IMG/VR virus record: IMGVR_UViG_3300050120_000152
Span: 62,001 to 126,000 of that record
Direction: 5' to 3' (one strand)
DNA: 64,000 nucleotides
Shown: piece after piece, positions 28,518-39,654 of the stretch
Numbering within the stretch: position 1 is the stretch's first letter
How the letters are laid out: each line of letters begins with the position of its first letter
Notes under the pieces: model-generated
Seen by the model: only the letters and a program-made list of their open reading frames with translations
Databases searched by the model: none
What the model was told of the DNA's origin: nothing
Translations under genes and position numbers: made by a program

Positions 28518-29279
28518 ATGAATTATAGTAAAAATGCGGCAATGGAACTAGCAACACAGATTCTCAAATCACAAAATCCCACACAAATGGGTGGCGGCTT
28601 GGATGAACTTTTTCAATTAGATTTGGGACAACCGGATAGAAAAATCAAACATTTCAAACAAACAATTCCGGTCAATATCCATCATTTTTATATTGTTGAA
28701 GATATCAAAGAAGTTGATTATTATTTAAGCATGATCAACACAATTAGAACAGCAGAACAACATGATACCATATTCATTTACTTGAATACTCCCGGTGGAA
28801 ATCTACATACTGCCATACAAATTATTGCAGCTATTAGACAATCATCCGCAACTGTTGTAACATGTCTTGAGGGCGTTGTATGCTCGGCTGGTACAATGAT
28901 TTTCTTAGCTGGTCACAAGCATGTAGTTAATCAAAATTGTACATTCATGATCCACAACTATTCTCAATGGGTAGGTGGTAAGGGTAATGACATTACGATT
29001 CAGGTAAAATATACAGAATCTTATTTTAGAAAATTATCAGAAGATATTTATGGTAAATTCTTATCTAAGGATGAAATTGAATCAGTATTGGAGGGTAAAG
29101 ATTTATGGATGGAAAGTTCTGATGTTGCAAGACGTGTTAAAGATAAATTAATAGCACAAGAAGCACCCGAAGATTCAGTTCCAGCCGTACATCAGCCTGC
29201 ACCATCTGTAGATGCAACAGAACCTGTTGTACCTATTAAACCAAAACGTAAACGAGTAGCCTCAAAGAAAAAAGTGTGA
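28518..29279 (+). CDS. ClpP-like serine protease (S14)
   Basis: YLNTPGG, VCSAGTMIFLAG (catalytic Ser), FMIHN, KDLWM. Confidence 0.85.
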   Translation: MNYSKNAAMELATQILKSQNPTQMGGGLDELFQLDLGQPDRKIKHFKQTIPVNIHHFYIVEDIKEVDYYLSMINTIRTAEQHDTIFIYLNTPGGNLHTAIQIIAAIRQSSATVVTCLEGVVCSAGTMIFLAGHKHVVNQNCTFMIHNYSQWVGGKGNDITIQVKYTESYFRKLSEDIYGKFLSKDEIESVLEGKDLWMESSDVARRVKDKLIAQEAPEDSVPAVHQPAPSVDATEPVVPIKPKRKRVASKKKV

Positions 29280-29308
29280 TAATATAAGCCTTCGTAAGAA
29301 GGCTTTTT

Positions 29309-30352
29309 ATGTTTGACAAAACCATTGAAGATATTGTTAAAGAAAATGTTACATTTTTGGATAATGCCAAAGAATGGACAAAATGTTCATGTCCATTGTG
29401 TAATGACGGTAAATCACATAATCCTAGAGGCGGATGGCTATTTAACGACGAAATGGCATCCTATAATTGTTTTAACTGCGGAACCAAAGGTACGTTTGAT
29501 CCAAACAGAGAATATGCCTTTTCCAAGGATATGAAACATATCCTTGAAGGCTTTAATGTTCCTTTATCAGAATGTTATGCAATTATATTTTCAAAGAATG
29601 ATAATAAGAAAATAAAACCATCTATTCCTAAAGTGGTAGTTTCTACTTTAGAGATGCCGAAATATTTTTATAAATTAGAAGATGGTAATCCAGAAAATAT
29701 TATTGTTCAAAAAGCATATGCTGAATTAAGCCGAAGAAATATTGATCCCGCATCATATCCATTTTATTTAAGCAATGGTATCACCAAAGATGGCCCACGA
29801 CACGAGGCAATCGCCAAAGCTATGATGAATAGATTAATTATTCCATTTTTTAATGCCGATAATGAATTAATATTTTATCAAGGACGCTCATTGGATAAGC
29901 AATCGACCATGAAATATCTTAATGCTGATGTTCCTCGTGGAAATATAATTTATGGTATGGATCGTTTACATAGTGATATTAATAAACCATTATTTGTATG
30001 TGAGGGATTTTTTGATGCATTCCATTTAAAGGGTGTAAGCCTTCAAGAAAATAATATCACAACTGGTCAAATAGAATTACTTAAAAAAAGCCCTCGCAAA
30101 AAGGTATGGGTTCCTGATAAAGGTTCCGATTCGTCACGAGTCGTTGATGCCTTTTGTAAATTAAATTGGCATATTGCTGTACCAGAATTTGGGTCAAGCT
30201 GTAAGGACGTTGATGATTCTATTAGAAAATATGGTAAATTACATACAGTGCAACAAATAATGTCTAATATCTACGATTGCGAATTTGCAAAAACGTTATT
30301 AATTATGAACGGTTTTCTTATCAAATCTAAAAATAATAAATTTATAAAGTAA
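29309..30352 (+). CDS. DNA primase (T4 gp61-like)
   Basis: CPLCND...YNCFNCG Zn finger, RLIIPF, YQGRS, KYLN, VCEGFFDA, KDVDD. Confidence 0.85.
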   Translation: MFDKTIEDIVKENVTFLDNAKEWTKCSCPLCNDGKSHNPRGGWLFNDEMASYNCFNCGTKGTFDPNREYAFSKDMKHILEGFNVPLSECYAIIFSKNDNKKIKPSIPKVVVSTLEMPKYFYKLEDGNPENIIVQKAYAELSRRNIDPASYPFYLSNGITKDGPRHEAIAKAMMNRLIIPFFNADNELIFYQGRSLDKQSTMKYLNADVPRGNIIYGMDRLHSDINKPLFVCEGFFDAFHLKGVSLQENNITTGQIELLKKSPRKKVWVPDKGSDSSRVVDAFCKLNWHIAVPEFGSSCKDVDDSIRKYGKLHTVQQIMSNIYDCEFAKTLLIMNGFLIKSKNNKFIK

Positions 30353-30761
30353 CTACGATAAATAAATGTATCATAATATGAGATTAAATTGATGAATAAT
30401 GATGGTATTAAATTATCTGAAAAGAGTCGGGTCGATTTAATCAACGAAAAAATTATTTCGTTGACCTTTCGTGCAGAACTTCAGCGTAGAACGGCCGAAT
30501 ATTGTTTAGATTGTGATGATGTGCTTACGGTGTTAACCCGTGAAATGCTAGAGAATGTATAACAGCTTGCAAAAATTATCACAATTGATTGATGAAGTTG
30601 GTATAGAGATAGCATTAGAGACAATCGACATCAATGATGTCGATGATCCCACCGTAAAAGTAATTTTACGCACCATTAAATATTCAATTGCACGCTTACG
30701 CGAAGAATTGAATTAAAACCTTCACATAAACTTATAAATAGTTCGATAAAAACTATTTCAT

Positions 30762-32852
30762 ATGGCCGATACTCCCTCTACCACCATTGCCAAAAAAAGC
30801 CCGATAGATGCGTTTACATCGTATTTTATGGCAGTGAAGCCTTATCATTCAAAAATTCTCGAAATTGTTGAAAAATACAACTTTTATGATAATGTCGTGG
30901 TGGATACCACTGAACGAGTTACTACCCAGTATGGCTTAGCTAATACACCACTTTGTAATCAAGTAGGATTTGGTTTAGTTTGGGATAACGGATGTAGTGG
31001 AGGGTGTGGATTTGATGCTACTGAATGCTGTGATTTGGGAACCTGTCCAACAACAGTAGCGAGTTTTGATAATTTATCTTCTGCAACATCAGCACCCATT
31101 CAGCAAGCGATAGCATCTACAGGTAACGTTATTGTTTCAGGTAATATGACCTTTGATCAAACTTTTCAAATAGTCAAAATTTTGACTCAAAATATGTTTA
31201 CGGTATCTGGTAATCAAACTACCTTATTTAATTTGGAATCCATCTTTTCTATTGTCCCATTTAACACGATTAATTACACGGTAAATGCTCTTAATTCTAT
31301 ATCACTTGTTGGAAATTATGCCCAACAATTTACAAATGAAAAGCATTTTCAAATTTATGGATCGAATTTTAATGACGGAAAATATTACGTTGCATCTGCT
31401 GCATATACTCAATCCTCAAATACGACAACCATAATAACTATTGAAAATATGACAATAGGTGATCCCGGATCAATTTTAATTTCATCTCCTACTAGAAATC
31501 GGGGTGTATATTCTGTTATTAATGCAACATTCAATGGATCAAATACTATTGTGACTATTGATCCAACAATAAAAAAATTAACTATAGAATCTGAACCACC
31601 ATCTGTATTATTTTTGACTGCATTCAAAGAACTTAGAATAGTAAATCTTGTAGGAAATAATGCTGGTGAATCAGGAAACAATGCTGGTAGTTATGTGATA
31701 GTAAATAGTGCATACGATCCCGTATCATCTACAACAAATGTATCATTGACTAGTTTGTTAAATGTAGACACCGGGGTTTCCGGCAATATGGTATTGCAGT
31801 TAGCTATGGATGATGTTCCAACATATATAGCAGCAATTGCATGTGATCCTCCTAAAGAATATAATGTATCGGTCAATTTTGCTGAACAATTAGTGCTTAG
31901 TGGTGGCTTTAGACCATCTATTACGCCTACACCAACAATTACGCCTACACCATCAGCGACCCCAACATTAACGATTACGCCAACATTAACAATTACACCA
32001 ACATCGACTGCCGCCACAACACCAACAATTACGCCTACAAGTACGCCAACGGGTACTCCACCAATTACAGCTACCATTACACCTATAGCTACTATAACCC
32101 CAACAACTACATCAACAGTTACACCAACAGCTACGATAACCCCTACACCTACACCAGCAGCATCTGTAACCCCAACATCATTCCCACCATTAAGTTATTA
32201 TGTTGTTGATGGTGACCCACGTTCAGCAGTGTATATGCATAATTTTGGAAAAACACCAACCTTAAGTTTGTATACTACAGCATATTATGCTAGTGGAGCA
32301 TATCACGGTGCAGCATTTGCAGTCGATCCAACATCCTCAAACGTAATAAATTGTACTAACTATTGGAATAGTACATATACACCAACATCACGCCCACCAC
32401 AATATGAGGATAGTAATGGACATACCAACATGCCTATCATTTTCCCAACAGGTGGTTCAGGAAGTTATACGGTTACAGTAAGTAATCTTTCAGTATCATG
32501 TCAAAAACAATCATATGCTCTAGGGCCACCAGCTATTGGCGTGGTTCAATCTACTGCTAATGCGCAAACAACCATTTCTACCTATTCGGGTAATGCCATT
32601 ATGTGTATAAATACTGGATCAGTTTGGTCACCCGGCCCAGCAAAGGACTTATTATTAAATTCCTATTATGGTGGTTATGGCCCAATTTTCGGTATGGCAG
32701 GTTGCTCTTCTACTAATGCTTATCAATTAGCTGCAGCATTTACTACTACTATTACAGATAATGTTACTGGGTTAACCTTAGTAATACCGGGAATCATGGC
32801 TGTAGATCGTTCAGTAGATGGTTCACAAGGTGTATATGATCCATGTCATTAA
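30762..32852 (+). CDS. Putative virion structural protein with Thr/Pro-rich linker
   Basis: Late promoter at 30733; VKPYHSKI N-terminal motif; beta-rich body; (TPT/ITP)n stretch. Confidence 0.65.
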   Translation: MADTPSTTIAKKSPIDAFTSYFMAVKPYHSKILEIVEKYNFYDNVVVDTTERVTTQYGLANTPLCNQVGFGLVWDNGCSGGCGFDATECCDLGTCPTTVASFDNLSSATSAPIQQAIASTGNVIVSGNMTFDQTFQIVKILTQNMFTVSGNQTTLFNLESIFSIVPFNTINYTVNALNSISLVGNYAQQFTNEKHFQIYGSNFNDGKYYVASAAYTQSSNTTTIITIENMTIGDPGSILISSPTRNRGVYSVINATFNGSNTIVTIDPTIKKLTIESEPPSVLFLTAFKELRIVNLVGNNAGESGNNAGSYVIVNSAYDPVSSTTNVSLTSLLNVDTGVSGNMVLQLAMDDVPTYIAAIACDPPKEYNVSVNFAEQLVLSGGFRPSITPTPTITPTPSATPTLTITPTLTITPTSTAATTPTITPTSTPTGTPPITATITPIATITPTTTSTVTPTATITPTPTPAASVTPTSFPPLSYYVVDGDPRSAVYMHNFGKTPTLSLYTTAYYASGAYHGAAFAVDPTSSNVINCTNYWNSTYTPTSRPPQYEDSNGHTNMPIIFPTGGSGSYTVTVSNLSVSCQKQSYALGPPAIGVVQSTANAQTTISTYSGNAIMCINTGSVWSPGPAKDLLLNSYYGGYGPIFGMAGCSSTNAYQLAAAFTTTITDNVTGLTLVIPGIMAVDRSVDGSQGVYDPCH

Positions 32853-32869
32853 AACAGAAGCCTGATTTC

Positions 32870-33421
32870 TCAGGCTTCTGCGAAAACAACATCTAATTTA
32901 AGCAATTCTTGTAGCTGCTTAATTGTTGATTTTGCATCAGTATGCAAAATACCGATGCCACCAGCTGCAATCCACGGATCAAGTGACTTTGCACGATCAT
33001 CAATCAAGATAGTCGTAGGAGTGGCAAATGCAGCCTTGTCAGGGCTCTTTGCAACCACTTCCACATGGTAGTCGCCAAAATGCTTACGAACCCATCTCTT
33101 CTTCTGCTGTGGGGCGTCAGATGGTGTATGACCAGATGCCGTCAAAATGCCAATATCATCATGGTCAAAATGTTCTAGAACAAAATCAAACAGTTCATCA
33201 GCATCAGGCATCTTATCCAAAGTATAAAAAAATGGAGTATGTTCATCATAACGATGAATAACCTTCCACATCAATCGTTTATCAATGGAATCATCCTTTT
33301 CTGCCTCATCCATCAACAGTCCACTTTCTTTTTTAGAAAGATGAATAAGCTCCCGAACTCTGCCTTCAAACGAAGCCAGCACACCATCCAAATCCAAAAA
33401 AAGTTTAAGTCCGCTTCTCAT
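32870..33421 (-). CDS. HAD 5'-nucleotidase (NT5C-like)
   Basis: LDLDGVLASF, ILTA, KKRW, ILIDDR, WIAAGGIGILH. Confidence 0.85.
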   Translation of the reverse strand: MRSGLKLFLDLDGVLASFEGRVRELIHLSKKESGLLMDEAEKDDSIDKRLMWKVIHRYDEHTPFFYTLDKMPDADELFDFVLEHFDHDDIGILTASGHTPSDAPQQKKRWVRKHFGDYHVEVVAKSPDKAAFATPTTILIDDRAKSLDPWIAAGGIGILHTDAKSTIKQLQELLKLDVVFAEA

Positions 33422-33526
33422 CTCATCTCACCTATTAGTTATTTCCATCATGATAGCACAATTACATTATATGTCAAGTTGCAATGCATTTGCAATTGTG
33501 TTAATATGAATGTATGGAGAATTAGT

Positions 33527-33796
33527 ATGAATGAACATTGGCGCAAAAAATTAACAGAATTTTCTAAAAAGCTAGATAAATCTGATTGTCATTACGTTAC
33601 CATTATGAGTAAGGGGTTTGATTATGAAAGTGATCTGCGACAAGAAGCTAACCTAAGACGGTTACGATTGGAAGATCAAATAATGCCAGCAACTCCCAAT
33701 GCTTTGACCAAAGAAGATGCTGAAGATATTATTCATGAATATCTTGGGAAAGCCGGAGAATTTGGATTCTGGGCTGCATTAATTATGGGCAAATAA
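33527..33796 (+). CDS. Hypothetical protein (MNEHW...)
   Basis: GGAG RBS; 3' part of ORF 33239..33796. Confidence 0.55.
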   Translation: MNEHWRKKLTEFSKKLDKSDCHYVTIMSKGFDYESDLRQEANLRRLRLEDQIMPATPNALTKEDAEDIIHEYLGKAGEFGFWAALIMGK

Positions 33797-33815
33797 AAAG
33801 CGGGGAATTCCCCGC

Positions 33816-34013
33816 TTAAATATTTCGTTCTACAACATCGCTTGCGTCTCGAAAAATTTCGGTAATACGTTTTACTTCTTCATCTTGAATATCATCTTCT
33901 TCAGCATCATAGCATTCAAAGTTTGGGATACCTGAGCCGATGAACAATTCACTAATTTCTGTCATATGTTCTTTCAAAGCTTCAAAGAAGCTTTCACGAT
34001 CTAAATTACGCAT
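33816..34013 (-). CDS. Hypothetical acidic protein
   Basis: AGGAG RBS upstream on the minus strand. Confidence 0.55.
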   Translation of the reverse strand: MRNLDRESFFEALKEHMTEISELFIGSGIPNFECYDAEEDDIQDEEVKRITEIFRDASDVVERNI

Positions 34014-34244
34014 TTTATTCTAAATCTCCTAATTAACCTAATAAAAATTGCTTGCCACTCTTAGTCACTGGGACAATGGTAGCTCTTTTCTTTGTGGATT
34101 CATCCATCTTATCTATACACACTTCAGCCAACACATGACTACCATGCGTTGAAATCACTTTACCTTCTACCAATACTTCAAATTGTAAATCATTATCTGT
34201 TAAGTTCATAACCGTAATCCCATTATACCTAATATAATGGATAT

Positions 34245-35069
34245 TTAGATATTATTTGTATCAGTGTCATTAAAATCGAAATACTGTTCCACTTCATTAA
34301 TTACAGCGTGGCACTTCTCTAGGTCAAATTTGTTATCAGTACGAACCCCAGATTCCATATCAATATAATAGGATTCAATACGAAAACCATCATATTTCCC
34401 GGTTTCCGTGTTGATTAATTTCAGGACGTTTGAGATATTTCCCGGTTTTAATCCACCAGCATAACCAGTTAAAATATCCTTATAAGGGCGTTTAACCACT
34501 TCGATTTCACGTCCAAAACCACCAGAACCATCATAGAGAATATTAATATTAGGCATAACACCAGAGATAGATGCTTCTTGATTCATTCGTTTAACTAATT
34601 TTGTAATAAACTCTTCTTTAGATTTGTTACTTTGTAAAATTAATGGAAATGAATGTTTATGACTGACTTCTAATACATTGTCAATAAGTTCTTCAATATT
34701 AGTAAAATTATTCATCGCAAAATTTAATTGGATTCTTGAACTGCAACCCATGTCAATAAATTCATTATCAGATTTTAAATAACGATTTACGGCATCTTCG
34801 CCGCAAAGATGTAAGGATGTTGTAATGCTTTTAGGAAACAATTTAGCAATAGACTCTTTTATAAAATTCAATGGTGGATAACGGATATCAGTTGTCAATG
34901 AACGCGTTTTACTGAATAAAAATCCAAACTCAATAAAAGGAGGATTATTCATATATTCAAAAGTATCTACAGCATTTAAATCCAAATCTATTAATTTGAG
35001 TAAATCAGTTGATTCATCAACACCAACAAATGAGATTAATTCTAACATAGACATATCCTTAAAGAACAC
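34245..35069 (-). CDS. TIM-barrel protein, phosphoribosylanthranilate-isomerase-like
   Basis: SLHLCG, RIQLNF, LYDGSGGFG, GYAGGLKPGN, IDMESGVRT. Confidence 0.65.
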   Translation of the reverse strand: MFFKDMSMLELISFVGVDESTDLLKLIDLDLNAVDTFEYMNNPPFIEFGFLFSKTRSLTTDIRYPPLNFIKESIAKLFPKSITTSLHLCGEDAVNRYLKSDNEFIDMGCSSRIQLNFAMNNFTNIEELIDNVLEVSHKHSFPLILQSNKSKEEFITKLVKRMNQEASISGVMPNINILYDGSGGFGREIEVVKRPYKDILTGYAGGLKPGNISNVLKLINTETGKYDGFRIESYYIDMESGVRTDNKFDLEKCHAVINEVEQYFDFNDTDTNNI

Positions 35070-35442
35070 TTGGTATAGCAGTTATTGTAATAGGGGTAAA
35101 ATGAACAATTTTATCAGCTTCTTTAACCAATATATTAGAATCGACAGGCTTGTAACCTAATTCCGAATCCAATGAATGTGTAATATGAAAAATTTTTCCA
35201 TCAGGTCTAATCGTTTCACCATCCACATTAGTCAAAAAACATTCTAGACCATCCCCACTATCGATATATCCAATAATTTTAATGGACGTTGCTTCCTTTG
35301 GTAATGGAGCATCCATAGGAACATTGAAGACCACCGTAATATGATGACATAATACTTTTTTATATTTTGGTGGAAACTTTTCAAGTAATAAATTTCTTGA
35401 TTTTTCAGATAATAGATAGCAGCTATACATGATAAGTCCCAT
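35059..35442 (-). CDS. 2H phosphoesterase (RNA 2',3'-cyclic phosphodiesterase-like)
   Basis: Two HxT motifs (HHITVVF, FHITHS) and KPVDSN. Confidence 0.7.
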   Translation of the reverse strand: MGLIMYSCYLLSEKSRNLLLEKFPPKYKKVLCHHITVVFNVPMDAPLPKEATSIKIIGYIDSGDGLECFLTNVDGETIRPDGKIFHITHSLDSELGYKPVDSNILVKEADKIVHFTPITITAIPSVL

Positions 35443-35521
35443 AGATTTAAAGATGAAGTATAATGCCTGAAGACTTAACTGTCAAGGATCATCTATAAAT
35501 ATGTGAATAGGGGCTGTATAT

Positions 35522-36073
35522 ATGACATACGATCTAACCCATTGGGATAATCCACGCGCTGCAATAGCAACCAAATATGTAAATAATGATTTTGCATATG
35601 TGTCGCGTGGAGCAAATATCGCATTTTACATATTAAAAGAATTTAACATATCGCCAAATGAAGCTAAAGATTTGACCGTACTGGATTATGGTTGTGGTAC
35701 AGGAAGAGCTGCAGCATTCTTAGCATTAATATTTAAAACATCCGTGGGATATGATCCTAATATTAATTGTATAAAGGTAGCTAAAGAAGAAAATCTAAAA
35801 TCTGAATTAAATGTACATAATTTAATATTGACTGATAATGTAGCTAACATACCACAATGTGATATTGCATTTAGTACCAATGTCATAGAACATTTAGATT
35901 ATGCAGCACAACAGATTATGATAGATACTCTTAAAAGTAAAGTTACCGGCAAATCATTGCTTTGGTATAATCCTGCTATGAATAATAAACTAGAACCCTA
36001 TATTGTTAGTAGTGTATGGGCAGATAAATTAAGGGGCGGAAAAATACAAATAGACTTTTTTGATATCCATTAA
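35522..36073 (+). CDS. Class I SAM-dependent methyltransferase
   Basis: VLDYGCGTG, GYD, NVIEHL; late promoter at 35494. Confidence 0.85.
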   Translation: MTYDLTHWDNPRAAIATKYVNNDFAYVSRGANIAFYILKEFNISPNEAKDLTVLDYGCGTGRAAAFLALIFKTSVGYDPNINCIKVAKEENLKSELNVHNLILTDNVANIPQCDIAFSTNVIEHLDYAAQQIMIDTLKSKVTGKSLLWYNPAMNNKLEPYIVSSVWADKLRGGKIQIDFFDIH

Positions 36074-36085
36074 AATATAACTAGT

Positions 36086-36346
36086 TTATGCACATTGGCC
36101 ATCTTGAACTTTCAACCATTCGATCAAATCATTTAAATCGCCGATATGGTTATTGTTGACTATTATTTGGGGAGCGCTTTTCAAGGGTTTAATTGATTTT
36201 AGCTCGGTAATTCTTTGATGTAAATCTTGAATAGTCAAATCTTTTCCAAGTATCTTTTCTTCAAAATCTAAACATTTAGATTTTAGAAGAGATTTTGCAG
36301 TATTACATTGTACACACATATCTTTGCTGATGACTTCTATATACAT
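36086..36346 (-). CDS. Glutaredoxin
   Basis: CVQC, SAPQI, HIG. Confidence 0.85.
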   Translation of the reverse strand: MYIEVISKDMCVQCNTAKSLLKSKCLDFEEKILGKDLTIQDLHQRITELKSIKPLKSAPQIIVNNNHIGDLNDLIEWLKVQDGQCA

Positions 36347-36366
36347 TATTATTTTCCTAGTATAGT

Positions 36367-36822
36367 TTATTTATTGTATTCGTAGATTGTAATCTCGATC
36401 CGTGGATACTTGGCATGATATTCTTTAAAAATAGGTTCTACATCTAATTCCCATGATAGTCCACCTAATCCACATCCTATTTTAGGAAAATGTGCAGATA
36501 AATTATCATGTAAAGAACACCAATTTAGCGCTTGGTGTATTACCTGTTCGATAGCTTTTACTGAAGCATATCGTTTTCCATCATTACCATAATTTAATTG
36601 AGTGAATCCATTACCAATGTAAAGATCATTTTCGATATGTACTATTTGTAATTTCCCGAGAGAATCTACCCCTGTAGGCATCATTTTAAACTTATCATAA
36701 ACTTGAGGGAATTGTTTACGAATTTGACCTGCTACCCCGCTGCCAAAAGCACCACTGGCATTTGTTCCATGAACGATTAATCCTTCAGTGCATTTAAGAA
36801 TGTCTTTATTGAGTAATTTCAT
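36367..36822 (-). CDS. Macro domain (ADP-ribose processing) protein
   Basis: IVHGTN..GAFGSGVA, FPKIGCGLGGLSW. Confidence 0.9.
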   Translation of the reverse strand: MKLLNKDILKCTEGLIVHGTNASGAFGSGVAGQIRKQFPQVYDKFKMMPTGVDSLGKLQIVHIENDLYIGNGFTQLNYGNDGKRYASVKAIEQVIHQALNWCSLHDNLSAHFPKIGCGLGGLSWELDVEPIFKEYHAKYPRIEITIYEYNK

Positions 36823-38242
36823 TGATGATCTTTTCCTGTATTAAGCGTTGACCAACTTCATTAAATAGAGTATCTGATTGTGCAATCTTACGTAATCCTG
36901 CTAATTTTTGGGTATAAATTATATCAAGTTTTACGTAATGAAGTCTCTCCCGAATTTTTTTAATAGTACGAATATTAGCTAGGATAAATGGATGCAATGC
37001 TTCTTCTGTGCGAGTCAACAACTCACACATCACCCCAAACATTTTGGTATAATAATCTTCAGCCAAAATAATATCGTAACTGGTTATCAATCCAACACGG
37101 TTAATAACTTCGCGTTGCTTATCTGGATCAGCATAATATCCAATATTATGTCGATTATCAGAAACCACATTGATAAATTCCATATCACTCAACTCATCAG
37201 ATGGAATAGTTTTAGCTCTCCACCGCTTTAGCCCAGAAATGATACTATATTCTATTTTATTGGTACCCCCGCTCTTTTGAGAAATGATCGGGTCAAAGTA
37301 TATTTGATATTTACGATAATCTTCGGTGTCCATGATATGGCGGCGAATAGTAGAATGTGACAAAAAGGTTTTAATCAATTTTTCCTTGGGAAAATGTTGA
37401 ACAAAATAGGTTTGATAACTCTTGTCATTTAAGATCAAAGCTTCAGTGGCAAAATAGAAATTTTCGCTTTCGAATGCCTCTTTAGAAGCAGCATCATTCT
37501 TTTCTAAAAATAATGCCTTTAATTTTTCAGCAGGTGCCCCATCAGCCAATTGTGTAACCAATTGATGTACACTTACACTGGCTGGTAAAATATAACTCAA
37601 ATCACCACCCACAAGATATTCATCAAGTACATAACTTAACCGGCGTGGAGAAATTTCATCTTTCACATCATCTTCTAAAGCATCCCACCAATCACATGCG
37701 GTATTACCAATCGCTCCATAACGCTTTGTAAAGAACTCTCGGTTAACGGCATAGGGTAGCTCCACATGAACATGGAAACGGTCACGTTGAGCCGGATCAA
37801 GCTTCTCAACATCATAGGAATCATCATCGTCAGGGTTGATTGCTGCCCAAATAACTTCAAGGTTCTCCATCTTCTTACCATTGATGGATTTGAACTGTAG
37901 AATTTCCATTACCGCGTTTCGCACTTTAGGCGCTGCGCGATTATATTCATCAATCATGATAGCTCTAACACTATCAGTTTGAAATAGTTTAGGGCGCACC
38001 AAATCAAGATAACTTTCGTGTGTGATAGGGTCAAATACTTCTTTAGGCACACCTACGAAGTCTACCCATGGATCAAGTGTGGAAGCACTGAAGTAGAGCC
38101 AATTGCCCTTACCATAGTGTTCATCAAATTTCTCTTTAACGGTTTCGGTCTTACCGATGCCGTGTTTACCTGTAAATAACACATTACGTTTGTTTACGAT
38201 CCATGAATCGTAATTTGCTGGTAGAGGGGTACGCTTGGTCAC
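36806..38242 (-). CDS. MoxR-like AAA+ ATPase
   Basis: GKHGIGKT, DFVGVP, IDEYNRA, AINP, LDPAQRDRF, SPR. Confidence 0.88.
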   Translation of the reverse strand: MTKRTPLPANYDSWIVNKRNVLFTGKHGIGKTETVKEKFDEHYGKGNWLYFSASTLDPWVDFVGVPKEVFDPITHESYLDLVRPKLFQTDSVRAIMIDEYNRAAPKVRNAVMEILQFKSINGKKMENLEVIWAAINPDDDDSYDVEKLDPAQRDRFHVHVELPYAVNREFFTKRYGAIGNTACDWWDALEDDVKDEISPRRLSYVLDEYLVGGDLSYILPASVSVHQLVTQLADGAPAEKLKALFLEKNDAASKEAFESENFYFATEALILNDKSYQTYFVQHFPKEKLIKTFLSHSTIRRHIMDTEDYRKYQIYFDPIISQKSGGTNKIEYSIISGLKRWRAKTIPSDELSDMEFINVVSDNRHNIGYYADPDKQREVINRVGLITSYDIILAEDYYTKMFGVMCELLTRTEEALHPFILANIRTIKKIRERLHYVKLDIIYTQKLAGLRKIAQSDTLFNEVGQRLIQEKIINEITQ

Positions 38243-38330
38243 TATAGAAATCCTTTGGTTGTCAATGGTTGCCTATCTTATCCTAAGATGGTAAGCTATT
38301 GCAACATATAAACAACATTGCAGGTCAAAT

Positions 38331-39653
38331 ATGACACTTCAAACTACCGACGAAGCAACAAATAACATACCTGCCCCAGCAGTTAAACATCGTTACAATA
38401 CCGTAGCTCGCATGTCTCAAGTAGAAATGATGGAAATTTCGTTCCATTTACAGAAGCATCACGCCATTTTTAACAAATTTTTTACATCTGGTGCACCCAT
38501 CTTTGAGCGTACCTTACATACTGCTGCTGTCTATGCTACTGCTGATACTGGTAAATTCTTGTTCATGAAGATTAACCCTGATTTTTGGGCTTCTCTAGAC
38601 ATGACACAAAAGCTATTCATCATTTCACACGAATGTCTGCATCTGATTCTAAACCATTTAACCCGCTTGTGCAATGAAAAATTTCCACGATTGGTTAATT
38701 ACGCTAAAGATTTGGTCGTCAATCATATGGCAGTAGAAAAATTTGGATTCAAGCGTTCAGAAATCGATCCCGAAAATGTGTATTGCTGGGTAGATAAATT
38801 TTTTAAATCAGAAGAAAACATTAAAACGAATGAAACGGCTGAATATTATTATTCATTGCTGTTGGTAAAGAAAGAGAATGGTACACTTCCCGAAGGTTGT
38901 GAAACCGTGGATGAACATGCAACCATCTCCCCAGAAGATTTAAATGATTTTATTGATGATATGGATAAATTTTTAACGCCTGAAGAAAAGGAATATCTTA
39001 AGGATATTCTTATTCAACATGGTGCAGTAGGCGGTGGTACTATCGCAGGTAAAGGTGGTGGCCCCGGTTCATGGACATTCTTTGATATTAAAGTAAAAAA
39101 GAAAAAGAAGTGGGAAACCGTTATTAAACGTTGGGCTATGCAAACTGCGGGTCGAAAAGAAAAAGTTGCTGACCAATGGGCTAGAATTAATCGTCGGTTT
39201 GCTTTTCTTAGTGATGATTTATTTTTACCATCAGAATTAGAAACTGATGAAGCACACAAAGAAAAGAAAAAGATTGACGTAATGTTTTTCTTGGATACAA
39301 GTGGATCATGTCATCATTTAGCAGAACGATTTTTTATTGCCGCGAAATCTCTCCCATCAGAGAGATTTAATATACGATTGTTCTGCTTTCATGATTATGT
39401 AGTGGAAACAGATATTTCTGGTGACAAAGTGCATAAAGGTGGTGGAACTAATTTTCAAATTATTGAAAATGAAATTCAAAAAACAGTAAGTGCGGGGGGC
39501 AAATATCCAAAAGCAGTATTTGTGGTGACAGATGGTGATGGTACTCCCATATCAGCAGAGTATCCAGAAAATTACCATTGGTTTTTGAGTCATCGTTCTA
39601 TATCATATATTCCAAAAGAATCTAAATGGTACGATTTGAATGATTTTGAATAA
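38331..39653 (+). CDS. HExxH metallopeptidase + VWA domain protein (DUF2201-like), partner of the AAA+ ATPase
   Basis: HECLHLILNH, NYAKD..VN, LDTSGS (MIDAS), GGGTNF, VTDG. Confidence 0.85.
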   Translation: MTLQTTDEATNNIPAPAVKHRYNTVARMSQVEMMEISFHLQKHHAIFNKFFTSGAPIFERTLHTAAVYATADTGKFLFMKINPDFWASLDMTQKLFIISHECLHLILNHLTRLCNEKFPRLVNYAKDLVVNHMAVEKFGFKRSEIDPENVYCWVDKFFKSEENIKTNETAEYYYSLLLVKKENGTLPEGCETVDEHATISPEDLNDFIDDMDKFLTPEEKEYLKDILIQHGAVGGGTIAGKGGGPGSWTFFDIKVKKKKKWETVIKRWAMQTAGRKEKVADQWARINRRFAFLSDDLFLPSELETDEAHKEKKKIDVMFFLDTSGSCHHLAERFFIAAKSLPSERFNIRLFCFHDYVVETDISGDKVHKGGGTNFQIIENEIQKTVSAGGKYPKAVFVVTDGDGTPISAEYPENYHWFLSHRSISYIPKESKWYDLNDFE

Positions 39654-39654
39654 A

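Noticed and set aside
33239-33526. N-terminal part of ORF 33239..33796
   Set aside because: Overlaps the minus-strand nucleotidase and the promoter region; the RBS supports a start at 33527
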